This document shows positions 1-8,838 of a stretch of 19,776 nt of DNA, one piece after another. This stretch comes from Candidatus Eiseniibacteriota bacterium (lineage in GTDB: Bacteria; Eisenbacteria; RBG-16-71-46; JABDJR01; JAWXBZ01). Under the pieces are notes generated by a model. The model was not told the origin of the DNA. It ran no database searches and was given only the letters and a program-made list of their open reading frames with translations. How positions within the stretch are numbered: the first letter of the stretch is position 1; each line of letters opens with the position of its first letter. Position numbers and translations under genes: made by a program. Location: assembly GCA_034440375.1 (NCBI GenBank), contig JAWXBZ010000158.1:1-19776 (forward strand), read 5' to 3'.

Positions 1-1249
1 TCATCGTCTCGTTTTCAATGTCGGCCAGCTCATCGCGGGGCGTCTTCTGGGGCATGAAAAGCAGGAACCCCGCCACGCCGAGAATGGTGACCGCGCCAAC
101 GACCAGGCCGATTCGAGCCAGCCGGACTCTCCCCTCGTTTGGCGGGGCTTCGACCCGGGGAGTGGAGAGTGGCGGCAGCGAAATGAAATTTGGCACCGAA
201 GCCGGGGTGGGGGAACGAGGCCCCGCCTCCACCGACCGGGGAGTCGTGACCGGCTCAACCGAAATGGGATCGATGCGTGCCGGCATCGGACGAGCATCGA
301 CGACCATGGGTCGCGGTGCGGGGATGACAGGGGGCACCGGCATGACCGCCGGCACGGGCATCGCCACCGGCACGGGCATGACCGCCGGTATCGGCACGGC
401 CCTCGGAGCCGGCACGGCCTCCGTCCCCGCAAGGACGCTCTTGAAACTCATTTCCTTGATGGCTCCTTGAATATGCTCCGGTCGCACCGTCGTGGAATCT
501 TCGACATAGGCACCGAGCAGCGCCTGGCTGCCCACCTGGTTGATCTCGCGCGGGAGGCCAAATGTCTTCTGAAAGAGGAGGTTCACCGTTTCCTCCGGGA
601 AGAGCACACGGGGATAGCCCCCGGCAACACTGACGCGGTGGTGAACGTACTTGAGTGTTTCGTCGGCGCTGAGCGGTTCGATGCGGTAGTGAACGCCGAT
701 GCGCTGTTTTAACTGGCGGAGTTCCGGGAGGCTGAGTTTCCGCTCCAGTTCGGGCTGGCCGATGAGCGCAATCTGGAGCATCGGCGGGCCGCCCGGTCGG
801 GCAATGTTGGACAGGAGCCGCACCTCTTCCAGGAGAGGCTGCTCGAAATTCTGGGCCTCGTCGATGATCAGCAGGGAGCCACTCCCGCGGTCCACCTGGC
901 GCTTGAGATAGGTCTCCAGCTTCTGCAGCAGGGCTGGCTTGCTCGTGCCCGTCTCGATGTCCAGGCCAAACTTGCGACAGATCTCCTCGAGCAGATCGAC
1001 GGGGCTGAGCGTCGAATTGGTGATGAAGGCGATCTCGTAGCGGCGCTCGAGGCCGTCAATCAATCGGAACAGCGCCGTCGTCTTGCCCGTGCCGACTTCG
1101 CCGGTGACGAGGGCGAATCCTTCCTTATGTTCCAGCCAGTACTTCAGATGGGCCAGCGCCTCATCGTGGCAACGGCTGGCAAAGATAAACCGGGGATCCG
1201 GTGTCAGGCTGAAGGGGTTTTCGCTGAGACCGAAAAACTGCTCGAACAT
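1..1249 (-). CDS. ExeA/GspA-family AAA+ ATPase with Pro-rich linker and a transmembrane helix (3' end runs off the window)
   Basis: Not in the ORF track; translated by hand from ATG at 1249-1247, with a GAGGTG SD just upstream: MFEQFFGLSENPFSLTPDPRFIF...H.EALAHL...FALVTGEVGTGKTT (Walker A)...LLIIDEAQN (Walker B)...LIGQPEL...LRQLKQRI...GLPREIN. These are hallmark ExeA-type motifs. A Pro/Val/Ala linker and the hydrophobic segment IGLVVGAVTILGVAGFLLFM follow; the frame stays open to base 1. Confidence 0.93.
   Translation of the reverse strand, partial: MFEQFFGLSENPFSLTPDPRFIFASRCHDEALAHLKYWLEHKEGFALVTGEVGTGKTTALFRLIDGLERRYEIAFITNSTLSPVDLLEEICRKFGLDIETGTSKPALLQKLETYLKRQVDRGSGSLLIIDEAQNFEQPLLEEVRLLSNIARPGGPPMLQIALIGQPELERKLSLPELRQLKQRIGVHYRIEPLSADETLKYVHHRVSVAGGYPRVLFPEETVNLLFQKTFGLPREINQVGSQALLGAYVEDSTTVRPEHIQGAIKEMSFKSVLAGTEAVPAPRAVPIPAVMPVPVAMPVPAVMPVPPVIPAPRPMVVDARPMPARIDPISVEPVTTPRSVEAGPRSPTPASVPNFISLPPLSTPRVEAPPNEGRVRLARIGLVVGAVTILGVAGFLLFMPQKTPRDELADIENETM
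315..422. repeat. Six imperfect 18-bp tandem repeats encoding xxxPxP hexapeptides in the ATPase linker
   Basis: Units include GGCACCGGCATGACCGCC (333-350), GGCACGGGCATCGCCACC (351-368) and GGCACGGGCATGACCGCC (369-386). The minus strand reads EAVPAP RAVPIP AVMPVP VAMPVP AVMPVP PVIPAP. Confidence 0.8.
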
Positions 1250-1370
1250 GACACCTCGTGTGCTCCTGGACCTCTGGATAACTGAAACCGGGGAAACCGT
1301 TTACGTGTACAATTCCCCGCTGATCGGAGACCGACCACGGAGTGTAGGCGGGCCCCACCACTGGGTCAAC

Positions 1371-1398
1371 TTATCGGTTCCGGGCGGGCACCGATTGA
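1371..1398 (-). promoter_or_regulatory. Candidate sigma28-like promoter facing the ATPase gene
   Basis: The minus strand reads TCAA-N16-ACCGATAA, compared with the FliA/SigD consensus TAAA-N15-GCCGATAA. The -10 match is good, but the spacer is one base long. Confidence 0.3.
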
Positions 1399-1472
1399 CT
1401 CCACTCTCTACTACTATAGGTGAGATTTCCGCCTTCGCGGATGCTTCCCTCTTCATGACGAGGAGATTGCCC

Positions 1473-4385
1473 ATGATTCGCCCGTGGCCCCCCGCTCCAT
1501 TCTTCCTTGCGGCCCTGACCCTGGCCACCATTGGAACAGCCGACGCCCAGACGCCCCGGATCGATTCCGACAACCTGAAGCTCCGGCCCCCCGCCGTCCA
1601 GGTCGGACCGGTTCTGGATCTGTCACAAACACTGCCGCTCGATCCGACCGTCCGCACCGGCACCTTGCCCAATGGCATGACCTATTACATCCAGAAGAAT
1701 GGCTGGCCGGAGAACCGCGTTTCGCTCCGGCTGGCAATCAACGCCGGATCGGTGCTGGAGACAGACGACCAGCAGGGTTTTGCCCACTTTCTGGAACACA
1801 TGTGCTTCAACGGAAGCAAGCACTTCGAACCGGGTGAGCTGGTCAAATATCTCGAGTCGATCGGTGCCCGGTTCGGCGCGGATGCGAATGCGTACACCTC
1901 CTTCGACGAGACCGTATACATGCTCGATCTGCCGGCCGACAACGACAGCCTGGAGATCAAGGGGCTGTGGGCCATGGGCGATTACGCCGCGCGGGCCCGG
2001 CTTTCCGACAGGGAAATCGAGAAGGAGCGCGGCGTCGTCCTGGACGAATGGCGCCGGGGCCGTGGGGCGCAGGCCCGACTGTCGGACAAGCACTTTCCAA
2101 TCATCTTCAGCGGTTCACAGTACGCAACCCGGCTGCCGATCGGAAAGCCGGAGGTCATCGAACGCGGCAACGCCACCCGGATCCGCGATTTCTATTCACA
2201 GTGGTACCGGCCGGAACGAATGGCCATCATTGCCGTTGGTACGCTTGATCCCGACAGCATGCTGGCGATGATCCAGGCTGAGTTCGCCGACATCCCGAAG
2301 AGCGCGAGCCTTCCGCCCCTGCCCGTCCATGACATCCCGGGGCACGGCGACCTAAAGATCTCCGTGGCCACGGACTCCGAAGCACGCTTCACACTGGGCA
2401 ACCTCTATTTCAAGCAGCCGCGCACCCTGATGACGACGCTCGGCGATTACCGCGACCAGCTGACCGATTACCTCGTCTACTCGATGCTGAACGATCGCCT
2501 GGACGAGCAGGGGCGCCGGGGCGATGCCAAATTCCTGAGTGCCTCCGTGGGTGGCGGCAGCTTTGTCCGGACCATGGAAGTCTTTTCGTTGAGCGTTCGA
2601 ACCGAGGACGGCCTCCTCGAGCCGGGGTTCGAGGCCGCCCTCGTCGAGTTGAAGCGGGCCGGTCAGCACGGGTTCGGCCAGGCCGAGCTCGATCGGGCAC
2701 GGGAGTCGCAGCTGGCCGAGATCGAACGGCTGTACCAGGAAAAGAATCGGATGGAGAGTCAGATCTTCGCGGGGGCCTACGTCAGTCACTACCTTGATCA
2801 GGAGCCAACGCCCGGGATCGAAAACGAGGTGGCCTGGTCCAGGTCGCTCCTCCCCGGCATCGCGGTCGAGGATGTGAATGGTGCCCTCACCCGGATGATG
2901 GCCACCGATAGCCGCGTCCTCACGGTTTCGGCGCCCGAAAAGGCCGGTCTGGCACCGCCCGACGAAGCCGCTTTGCGCGCCGCCATCGAGCGGGCCTGGC
3001 AGTCACCGGTGGAGGCCTGGGTCGATGCGGTGGCCGATCGACCGCTCCTGGCCGCCCCTCCCCCGCCGGGCACGGTGACGAACAGCCGAACGATTCCCGA
3101 GCTCGGTGCCACCGTGATCACGCTGTCGAATGGTGTCGAAGTCTGGATGAAGCCGACTGATTTCAAGAACGATCAAATCATCTTCTCGTCCTACGCCAAG
3201 GGTGGGGCTTCGATCGCCGATCCCGAGGACTATCCCGAGGCCATCCGGGCGTCCTCCATCATTGGCGAGCAGGGAATCGGCGGATTCAAGCCGGTGGAAC
3301 TGGAAAAACTTCTCGCCGGCAAGCTGGTCGGGGGATCTCCCTATGTGGGTTCCTACAGCCACGGCCTGTCGGGATCGAGCACCCCGGGAGATCTGGAAAC
3401 CGCCCTTCAGCTCGTGTACCTGACGTTCACCCAACCGACCGATCGTCCCGAGGCGTTTGATGTCCTCCGGAAGAAGTGGCATTCGGACATGGAAAACCGG
3501 CTCAACGATCCGGATGCCCAGTTTGGCGACGCGTTTTCGAAGATCAACAGCAACGACCACTACATGTCGAAGCCGCTGACCGCGGACGATGTCGACCATC
3601 TCGAATTCGACAAGGCCGTCCGTTTTTACAGGCAACGGTTCGCCAATGCGGCCGACTTTACCTTCTTCTTCGTTGGTTCGTTCGACCCGGCCGTCCTCAC
3701 CCCACTCGTGGCGCGCTACATTGGCGGGCTGCCATCCACAGGCAAGAAAACCTCGGCACCGGTGAATCGCAAACAGAGCTTTCCCATGGGCGTCCAGACG
3801 GCCGATGTGACCAAGGGAGTCGAAGCGAAGAGCCGGAGCACCATCACGTTTTACAGTCCCACCGGTATCGATGAAATGGCGATGTACCGCGCCCGGATGG
3901 CCGGCAATATTCTCCGCCGTCGTCTCCGTGAAATTCTGCGAGAGGAACTGGGCACGACCTACAGCGTGGGCGTGTCGTTCAGCAACCCGTCACTGGTCTC
4001 TGACTACGGCACCATCACCGTGTCGTACAGCAGTGCGCCGGAGAATGCCAACCGGATGGCCGATACGACGCTGGCCGTCGTCAAGGCACTGCGGGCACAC
4101 GGTCCGAAGCAGGAGGAGATCGCCAGTTTGCAAGAGCTGGAGCGTCGGGAACTCGAGACTTCCGAGAAACAGAACGCCTACTGGCTGGGCAGCCTTCAGC
4201 TGGTCCACCAGATGGGCTTCGACCCGCTGAGGGTGGCGAAGCGCCGGGAGCGGATCGACCTCCTGACCGCGGAGAGCCTCCACGAGGCGTTCAAGACCTA
4301 CTTGCCGGTCGACCGCTGGACCCGTGTGACTCTCTGGCCGGAACAAACGGTGGAGACCGGCAGCGTCAAGCCGGTCAAACCGTGA
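1473..4385 (+). CDS. Exported M16 family zinc protease (PqqL-like, insulinase family)
   Basis: Inverted zincin HFLEH within GFAHFLEHMCFNG, NAYTSFDETVY and KERGVVLDEW. A second LSNG-starting domain pair lacks HxxEH and carries LREELGTTY near the C-terminus. ATG 1473 has AGGAG 7 nt upstream and is followed by a signal-peptide-like segment (FFLAALTLATIGTADA). Confidence 0.93.
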   Translation: MIRPWPPAPFFLAALTLATIGTADAQTPRIDSDNLKLRPPAVQVGPVLDLSQTLPLDPTVRTGTLPNGMTYYIQKNGWPENRVSLRLAINAGSVLETDDQQGFAHFLEHMCFNGSKHFEPGELVKYLESIGARFGADANAYTSFDETVYMLDLPADNDSLEIKGLWAMGDYAARARLSDREIEKERGVVLDEWRRGRGAQARLSDKHFPIIFSGSQYATRLPIGKPEVIERGNATRIRDFYSQWYRPERMAIIAVGTLDPDSMLAMIQAEFADIPKSASLPPLPVHDIPGHGDLKISVATDSEARFTLGNLYFKQPRTLMTTLGDYRDQLTDYLVYSMLNDRLDEQGRRGDAKFLSASVGGGSFVRTMEVFSLSVRTEDGLLEPGFEAALVELKRAGQHGFGQAELDRARESQLAEIERLYQEKNRMESQIFAGAYVSHYLDQEPTPGIENEVAWSRSLLPGIAVEDVNGALTRMMATDSRVLTVSAPEKAGLAPPDEAALRAAIERAWQSPVEAWVDAVADRPLLAAPPPPGTVTNSRTIPELGATVITLSNGVEVWMKPTDFKNDQIIFSSYAKGGASIADPEDYPEAIRASSIIGEQGIGGFKPVELEKLLAGKLVGGSPYVGSYSHGLSGSSTPGDLETALQLVYLTFTQPTDRPEAFDVLRKKWHSDMENRLNDPDAQFGDAFSKINSNDHYMSKPLTADDVDHLEFDKAVRFYRQRFANAADFTFFFVGSFDPAVLTPLVARYIGGLPSTGKKTSAPVNRKQSFPMGVQTADVTKGVEAKSRSTITFYSPTGIDEMAMYRARMAGNILRRRLREILREELGTTYSVGVSFSNPSLVSDYGTITVSYSSAPENANRMADTTLAVVKALRAHGPKQEEIASLQELERRELETSEKQNAYWLGSLQLVHQMGFDPLRVAKRRERIDLLTAESLHEAFKTYLPVDRWTRVTLWPEQTVETGSVKPVKP

Positions 4386-5251
4386 CCGACGCGGGATCCC
4401 CCGCACCAGATTCGGGAGCCGTGTACATCCATGGCACGGCCAGGGAGGAGCAGGCCCGGCTGACCGGGCTCAACAGGCTGATCAATGCGCGCTGTCTGGC
4501 CGCGCTCCACCTGGTGCCGGGCGAATCGATCCTTGATGTCGGCTCGGGTCTTGGCCAGATGAGCCGGGCGATGGCCCGCGCCGTGGCTCGGCCCGGGACG
4601 TCCGTCCGACCGCGGCTGCTCGGTATCGAAGCCAGCACGGAGCAGCTGGCGGAAGCCCGGCGTCAGGCGGCTGAGGATGGCGAGACGGACCTGGTCGAGT
4701 TCCGAGCCGGCGATGCGCTCCGATTACCGCTTGCCCTTGACGAGTGGGGATCCTTTGACCTGGCCCACACGCGCTTCCTGCTCGAGCATGTCACCGAGCC
4801 CGAGGATGTCGTTCGATCGATGGTTCGCGCCGTCCGCCCTGGGGGACGCCTTGTGTTGCTCGACGACGATCACGACCTTCTCCGTCTCTGGCCGGAAGTG
4901 CCCGGCCTTACCGAGGTGTGGCGGGCCTACGTGCGCGGGTATGATCGGATTGGTTGCGACCCGTATGTCGGCCGGCGGTTGGTGGAACTGCTGCACGCGG
5001 CCGGGGTCAATCCCGTGCGTTGCGAATGGGTGTTTTTCGGCGCCTGCGCGGGCGAAGCCGGCTTTGTGGGATTCGTGGAGAATCTGGCCGGCGTCCTCCT
5101 CGGGGCAAGGGAAGCCACCGCGGCCGCCGGTTGGATCGAGGGATCCGAAATCGATCGGGCGGTAGCCGAACTGCGACGCTGGGGGGCCCGCCCCGACGCG
5201 GCCTTCTGGTACGCCATCTCCCTGGCCGAGGGGCGCCGACCAGATCCCTAG
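4382..5251 (+). CDS. Class I SAM-dependent methyltransferase, substrate unknown
   Basis: Motif I ILDVGSGLG, GIE, GDALRLP, SFDLAHTRFLLEHV and VRPGGRLV. Its GTG start overlaps the protease stop (GTGA). Confidence 0.9.
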   Translation: MTDAGSPAPDSGAVYIHGTAREEQARLTGLNRLINARCLAALHLVPGESILDVGSGLGQMSRAMARAVARPGTSVRPRLLGIEASTEQLAEARRQAAEDGETDLVEFRAGDALRLPLALDEWGSFDLAHTRFLLEHVTEPEDVVRSMVRAVRPGGRLVLLDDDHDLLRLWPEVPGLTEVWRAYVRGYDRIGCDPYVGRRLVELLHAAGVNPVRCEWVFFGACAGEAGFVGFVENLAGVLLGAREATAAAGWIEGSEIDRAVAELRRWGARPDAAFWYAISLAEGRRPDP

Positions 5252-5286
5252 TTTTCAGAGTTGGTCGCCGGGACGGCCCGACGCGG

Positions 5287-5292
5287 TATGAT
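5287..5292 (+). promoter_or_regulatory. Possible -10 element for the beta-propeller gene
   Basis: TATGAT (5/6 match to TATAAT) in the 88-bp intergenic gap; no convincing -35 at 16-18 nt. Confidence 0.25.
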
Positions 5293-5339
5293 CTGGTCAA
5301 GATTCGTTTCTGTTGCCTGGCCGCACGGGAGACACGCCA

Positions 5340-8300
5340 ATGCACATGATCGGCCGGATTTCCTGCCGCGGGGGCCTTTTCCTGGCCACAGCGGTCGTCC
5401 TGGCACTTGTTCAGATAAATCTCACCGCCGTTTCCGAAAGTGACCCCTCGGCCGCACGCGCTGCCGGCAAGAAACCATGGCGCGGTGGAGCCAAGGTACG
5501 TCCTGACAACCCGGGCGAATTCGCCCGCATCCTGGCCGAGATGAAAATTCCGGCCGACCGCACGACGCCCGAGTACGAATCGGGCTACCAGCGGCTGGAA
5601 CTGGAATCGGCAATGGCGGCGGTCGGCTTTGCGCCGAACGGCGGGCCGCTTCCCTGGGTCGAGCGGGGCCCGGGCAATGTGGCCGGCCGGGCGCGGGCCA
5701 TCGTGGTCGACCCGGACGATCCGACCCACAATACCTGGTTCATCGGAAGCGTCGGTGGCGGCGTCTGGAAGACGACGAATGGCGGCACCACCTGGATCTG
5801 GCTGACACCGGACTTTCCGGTCCTGTCGACCTCGGCACTGGCCATGGCCGCCTCGAACCACGACATCCTGTACGTCGGCACTGGTGAAAGCTACTTCAGC
5901 GTCGACGTGATGAACGGCAACGGCATGCTGAAATCGATCGATCGGGGGGTTACCTGGACCCATCTCACCTCGACCGTCGACAATCCGGCGTTCAACAACA
6001 TCGCCCGGATACTGGTCGACCCGACCAATCCGGACGTCGTGATCGCCGCCACCACGATGAGCCGATTCAAGGACTCCGTCTCGCCCAGATCGAGCATCAT
6101 GAAATCGATCAACGGCGGACTCACCTGGACTGAAGTCCATGCCAGTACGACCATCGGCGCCAACGGACGGGTGAAGAAGTTGATGCAGCTGGTGGCCGAC
6201 CCGACCGACTTCAACATCCTGTATGCCACGGTCGACGAGGCCGGCATCCTGAAGTCGGTGAACAGGGGCGACAGCTGGGCGTTCGTCAACAGCGGCATCA
6301 CCTCGATCCCCGGCCGATTCGAGCTGGCGATCTCGCCGGTCGACCACCTCCGGTTATACGCCTCGGCCGAAGGCGCGTCGCACTCGGAGCTCTGGATCTC
6401 GACGAACGGCGGCGCTACATGGTCGGAAACCATTGAGGCCGGTACCGAACCCAACTGGTTGGGCGCGCAGGGTTGGTACGACAACACGATTCTGCCCCAC
6501 CCGACCGACGTCAACGTCGTTTACGTCGGAGGAGTCAACCTGGCGCGGATTTTCCTGACGGGCGTTTCGCGTACCACGACCTTCATCGGTTCCGGTACCC
6601 ACCCGGACCACCATGGCCTGACATCGATCAACGCGCCGGGCGGCTGGCGCATCCTGAATACCAACGATGGCGGCGTGTCGGTATCAACTCTTCAGGATGC
6701 CGGATTCTCGCAGCTGGTGGACGGAATGGTCACCACCCAGTTTTACGGCGGCGACAAGCGCCCCGGCGCCAGCGCCTACGCCGGCGGTACGCAGGACAAC
6801 GGTACATGGCAGTCGGACATTGATCCCAATAATCTGTCGCCGTGGAGCCACATCATCGGCGGCGACGGCTACGAGGTCTCCTGGCATTTCAACGACCCGA
6901 CCAGGATCATCGGCGGCTACCAGTACAACGGCCTCCAGCGCTCGCTCGACGGGGGCATGACCTGGAACAGCGCGGCGACCAGCGTGAGCCCGGCCGGGTT
7001 GATTGACAATGGCGCCGGCAACGCACCGTTCATCACCAAGATCGCCAAGACCAACGCCTCGCCCGACTTCCTGTGTGCCGTCGGCCGGCGCGGAGTCTGG
7101 CGCTCCAATGATTTCGGCGGCACCTGGTCGCTCTTCCCGATTCCGGCCGGCACCTGGGGCACAATCAGCTCGTTTCACTGCGTGCGCATCTCGCGAGCCG
7201 ATCCCAATGTCGTCTGGGCGGGCTCGCGCATGGATGCCCCGGCCTCCGGAAACGTCCGCATCCTCCGATCGACAAATGCCGCGGTTGGGTTCTCGGTCGT
7301 CAACAGTTATACGGCCGTCAATCTCGGCGGCATTTCCGGCCTGTCCACTCATCCGACCGACGCGAACACGGCCTACGTCCTCTTCAGCTTTGCCGGTCGA
7401 CCCAAGATCATTCGTACCGTCGATGGCGGCGTTTCGTGGACCGACATCACCGGCTTTGCCGGCGGCTCCCCCAGTACGAACGGCTTTCCGGACGTGGCGG
7501 TGTACGACCTCCTCGTCTTTTCGAACAACACGAATCGCCTCTGGGCCGCCACGGAAATCGGCCTGGTCGAATCACTGAATGGCGGTGCCAGCTGGGCCCT
7601 GGCTAACAACGGGCTGCCGAACGTCGGCATATGGCAGCTCATGGAATCGGAGGATGAGGTTGTGGCCGCGACCCACGGCCGCGGCATCTGGAGCGTGACG
7701 ATGCCGGAGCTGATCGTCGGTCAGACGTTCAAGCCACTCATCGACAAAGTGTTCCAGGGGCCGGGCGGGATGATCACGGTCGACATGAACCTGCGTTCGC
7801 CGTACGACTCGACGGATGTCCTCCTGGGCGGCATTATCGTCGGCAACCTGTCGGCCAACGTGGCTCGCCAGGACGTCGTCTTCAACATTCCCGTCGTGAC
7901 GGCAGGCACCAAGGTGATTTACCTCCGCAGCTGGAAAGGAGGCGTCCAATACACCTCCGTGACCAAGTCGATTGATGCCTTCGCTCCACAAACGCCTGTC
8001 TTTGTGTACGCCAACGACTTCGAGTCGGCGACGACCGATTTCGCCGGTTCGCTGTTCCGTATCGGCACCGAGCCGGGCTTCGCCGGCAGCGCGATTCATT
8101 CGCCCCATCCGTATGCCGATGGTTCGTCGCCGATCTACATGCTCACGGTGCCGATTCGGGTGGCCCCGCTCGACGCCGTGCTGTCCTTCGATGAAGTGGC
8201 CCTGGTCGAGCCGGGCGACCCCGGCAGCGTCTTCGGCGACGCTAATTTCTGGGACTACGTCATCGTCGAGGGAAGCCGTGACGGCTGCACCTGGACGCCG

Positions 8301-8828
8301 CTCGCTCCCGGTTGGGATTGCCGGGATTATCCTGAGTGGGAGACCGCCTTCAACACCAGCGCGGCGCCTGATTCCCTCCTGCTCCGTCGACGTTCGATCA
8401 ACCTGCTCAACACCTATTCAACGGATGACACCATCCTCGTCCGCTTCCGGTTGTATGCCGACGGCTCCGTCTCGGGCTGGGGCTGGATCATCGATAACCT
8501 CGATATCCAGTCGCTGGCCCAGGCCGGCGTCGATGTGGCAGCGGCGCCGGCCGCGCTGACCCTGGAACCGGGAGTGCCAAACCCCTTCCGTGACCGGACG
8601 GCCCTGGCCTTCTCGCTGCCAGTGGCGGGCCCGGTAACGCTGAACGTCTTCGACCTGAACGGCCGGCTTGTCCGGCGGCTCGTGGACGGGGTTCAGCCCG
8701 CGGGCCGGCAAAGCGTGACCTGGGACGGCCGCGGCGATGACGGTGCTGCCGTCGCCAACGGGCTGTATTTTGCGCAGCTCGTGAATGATGGCCGGGTGGT
8801 CAAGCGGAAGCTGACGATTCTGAAATAG
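5340..8828 (+). CDS. Secreted Asp-box/BNR beta-propeller protein (Vps10/GH74-like fold) with additional beta-rich domain(s) and a C-terminal FlgD-Ig/T9SS-type sorting domain
   Basis: At least nine Asp-boxes (TTNGGTTW, SIDRGVTW, SINGGLTW, SVNRGDSW, STNGGATW, SLDGGMTW, SNDFGGTW, TVDGGVSW, SLNGGASW), plus ILYVGTGE, GGTQDNG, GGDG and ATHGRGIW. It has an N-terminal hydrophobic leader and a C-terminal PNPF...VFDLNGRLVRRL...WDGR...GLYF...KLTILK. ATG 5340 follows GGGAGA; ATG 5346 is an alternative start. Confidence 0.88.
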   Translation: MHMIGRISCRGGLFLATAVVLALVQINLTAVSESDPSAARAAGKKPWRGGAKVRPDNPGEFARILAEMKIPADRTTPEYESGYQRLELESAMAAVGFAPNGGPLPWVERGPGNVAGRARAIVVDPDDPTHNTWFIGSVGGGVWKTTNGGTTWIWLTPDFPVLSTSALAMAASNHDILYVGTGESYFSVDVMNGNGMLKSIDRGVTWTHLTSTVDNPAFNNIARILVDPTNPDVVIAATTMSRFKDSVSPRSSIMKSINGGLTWTEVHASTTIGANGRVKKLMQLVADPTDFNILYATVDEAGILKSVNRGDSWAFVNSGITSIPGRFELAISPVDHLRLYASAEGASHSELWISTNGGATWSETIEAGTEPNWLGAQGWYDNTILPHPTDVNVVYVGGVNLARIFLTGVSRTTTFIGSGTHPDHHGLTSINAPGGWRILNTNDGGVSVSTLQDAGFSQLVDGMVTTQFYGGDKRPGASAYAGGTQDNGTWQSDIDPNNLSPWSHIIGGDGYEVSWHFNDPTRIIGGYQYNGLQRSLDGGMTWNSAATSVSPAGLIDNGAGNAPFITKIAKTNASPDFLCAVGRRGVWRSNDFGGTWSLFPIPAGTWGTISSFHCVRISRADPNVVWAGSRMDAPASGNVRILRSTNAAVGFSVVNSYTAVNLGGISGLSTHPTDANTAYVLFSFAGRPKIIRTVDGGVSWTDITGFAGGSPSTNGFPDVAVYDLLVFSNNTNRLWAATEIGLVESLNGGASWALANNGLPNVGIWQLMESEDEVVAATHGRGIWSVTMPELIVGQTFKPLIDKVFQGPGGMITVDMNLRSPYDSTDVLLGGIIVGNLSANVARQDVVFNIPVVTAGTKVIYLRSWKGGVQYTSVTKSIDAFAPQTPVFVYANDFESATTDFAGSLFRIGTEPGFAGSAIHSPHPYADGSSPIYMLTVPIRVAPLDAVLSFDEVALVEPGDPGSVFGDANFWDYVIVEGSRDGCTWTPLAPGWDCRDYPEWETAFNTSAAPDSLLLRRRSINLLNTYSTDDTILVRFRLYADGSVSGWGWIIDNLDIQSLAQAGVDVAAAPAALTLEPGVPNPFRDRTALAFSLPVAGPVTLNVFDLNGRLVRRLVDGVQPAGRQSVTWDGRGDDGAAVANGLYFAQLVNDGRVVKRKLTILK

Positions 8829-8838
8829 CGGCCAAGGC

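Noticed and set aside
1..911. ORFs 1..432(-), 18..470(+), 467..712(+) and 699..911(+), including an apparently Cys/Arg-rich peptide
   Set aside because: They are alternative-frame or antisense shadows of the ATPase gene; the Cys/Arg periodicity comes from the 18-bp repeat read out of frame.
1395..1420. TTGACT...TACTAT/TATAGG as a sigma70 promoter for the protease
   Set aside because: Spacers of 11 or 14 nt are outside the usable range.
1083..1472. ORF-track N-terminal extension of the M16 protease (1100 aa)
   Set aside because: It overlaps the ExeA-type gene on the opposite strand. ATG 1473 has an SD and is followed directly by a signal peptide.
5007..6347. 446-aa minus-strand ORF
   Set aside because: Antisense shadow of the propeller and methyltransferase genes.
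8829..8838. Terminator between the convergent propeller and dnaE2 genes
   Set aside because: The gap is only 10 bp and I saw no convincing hairpin plus U-tract.
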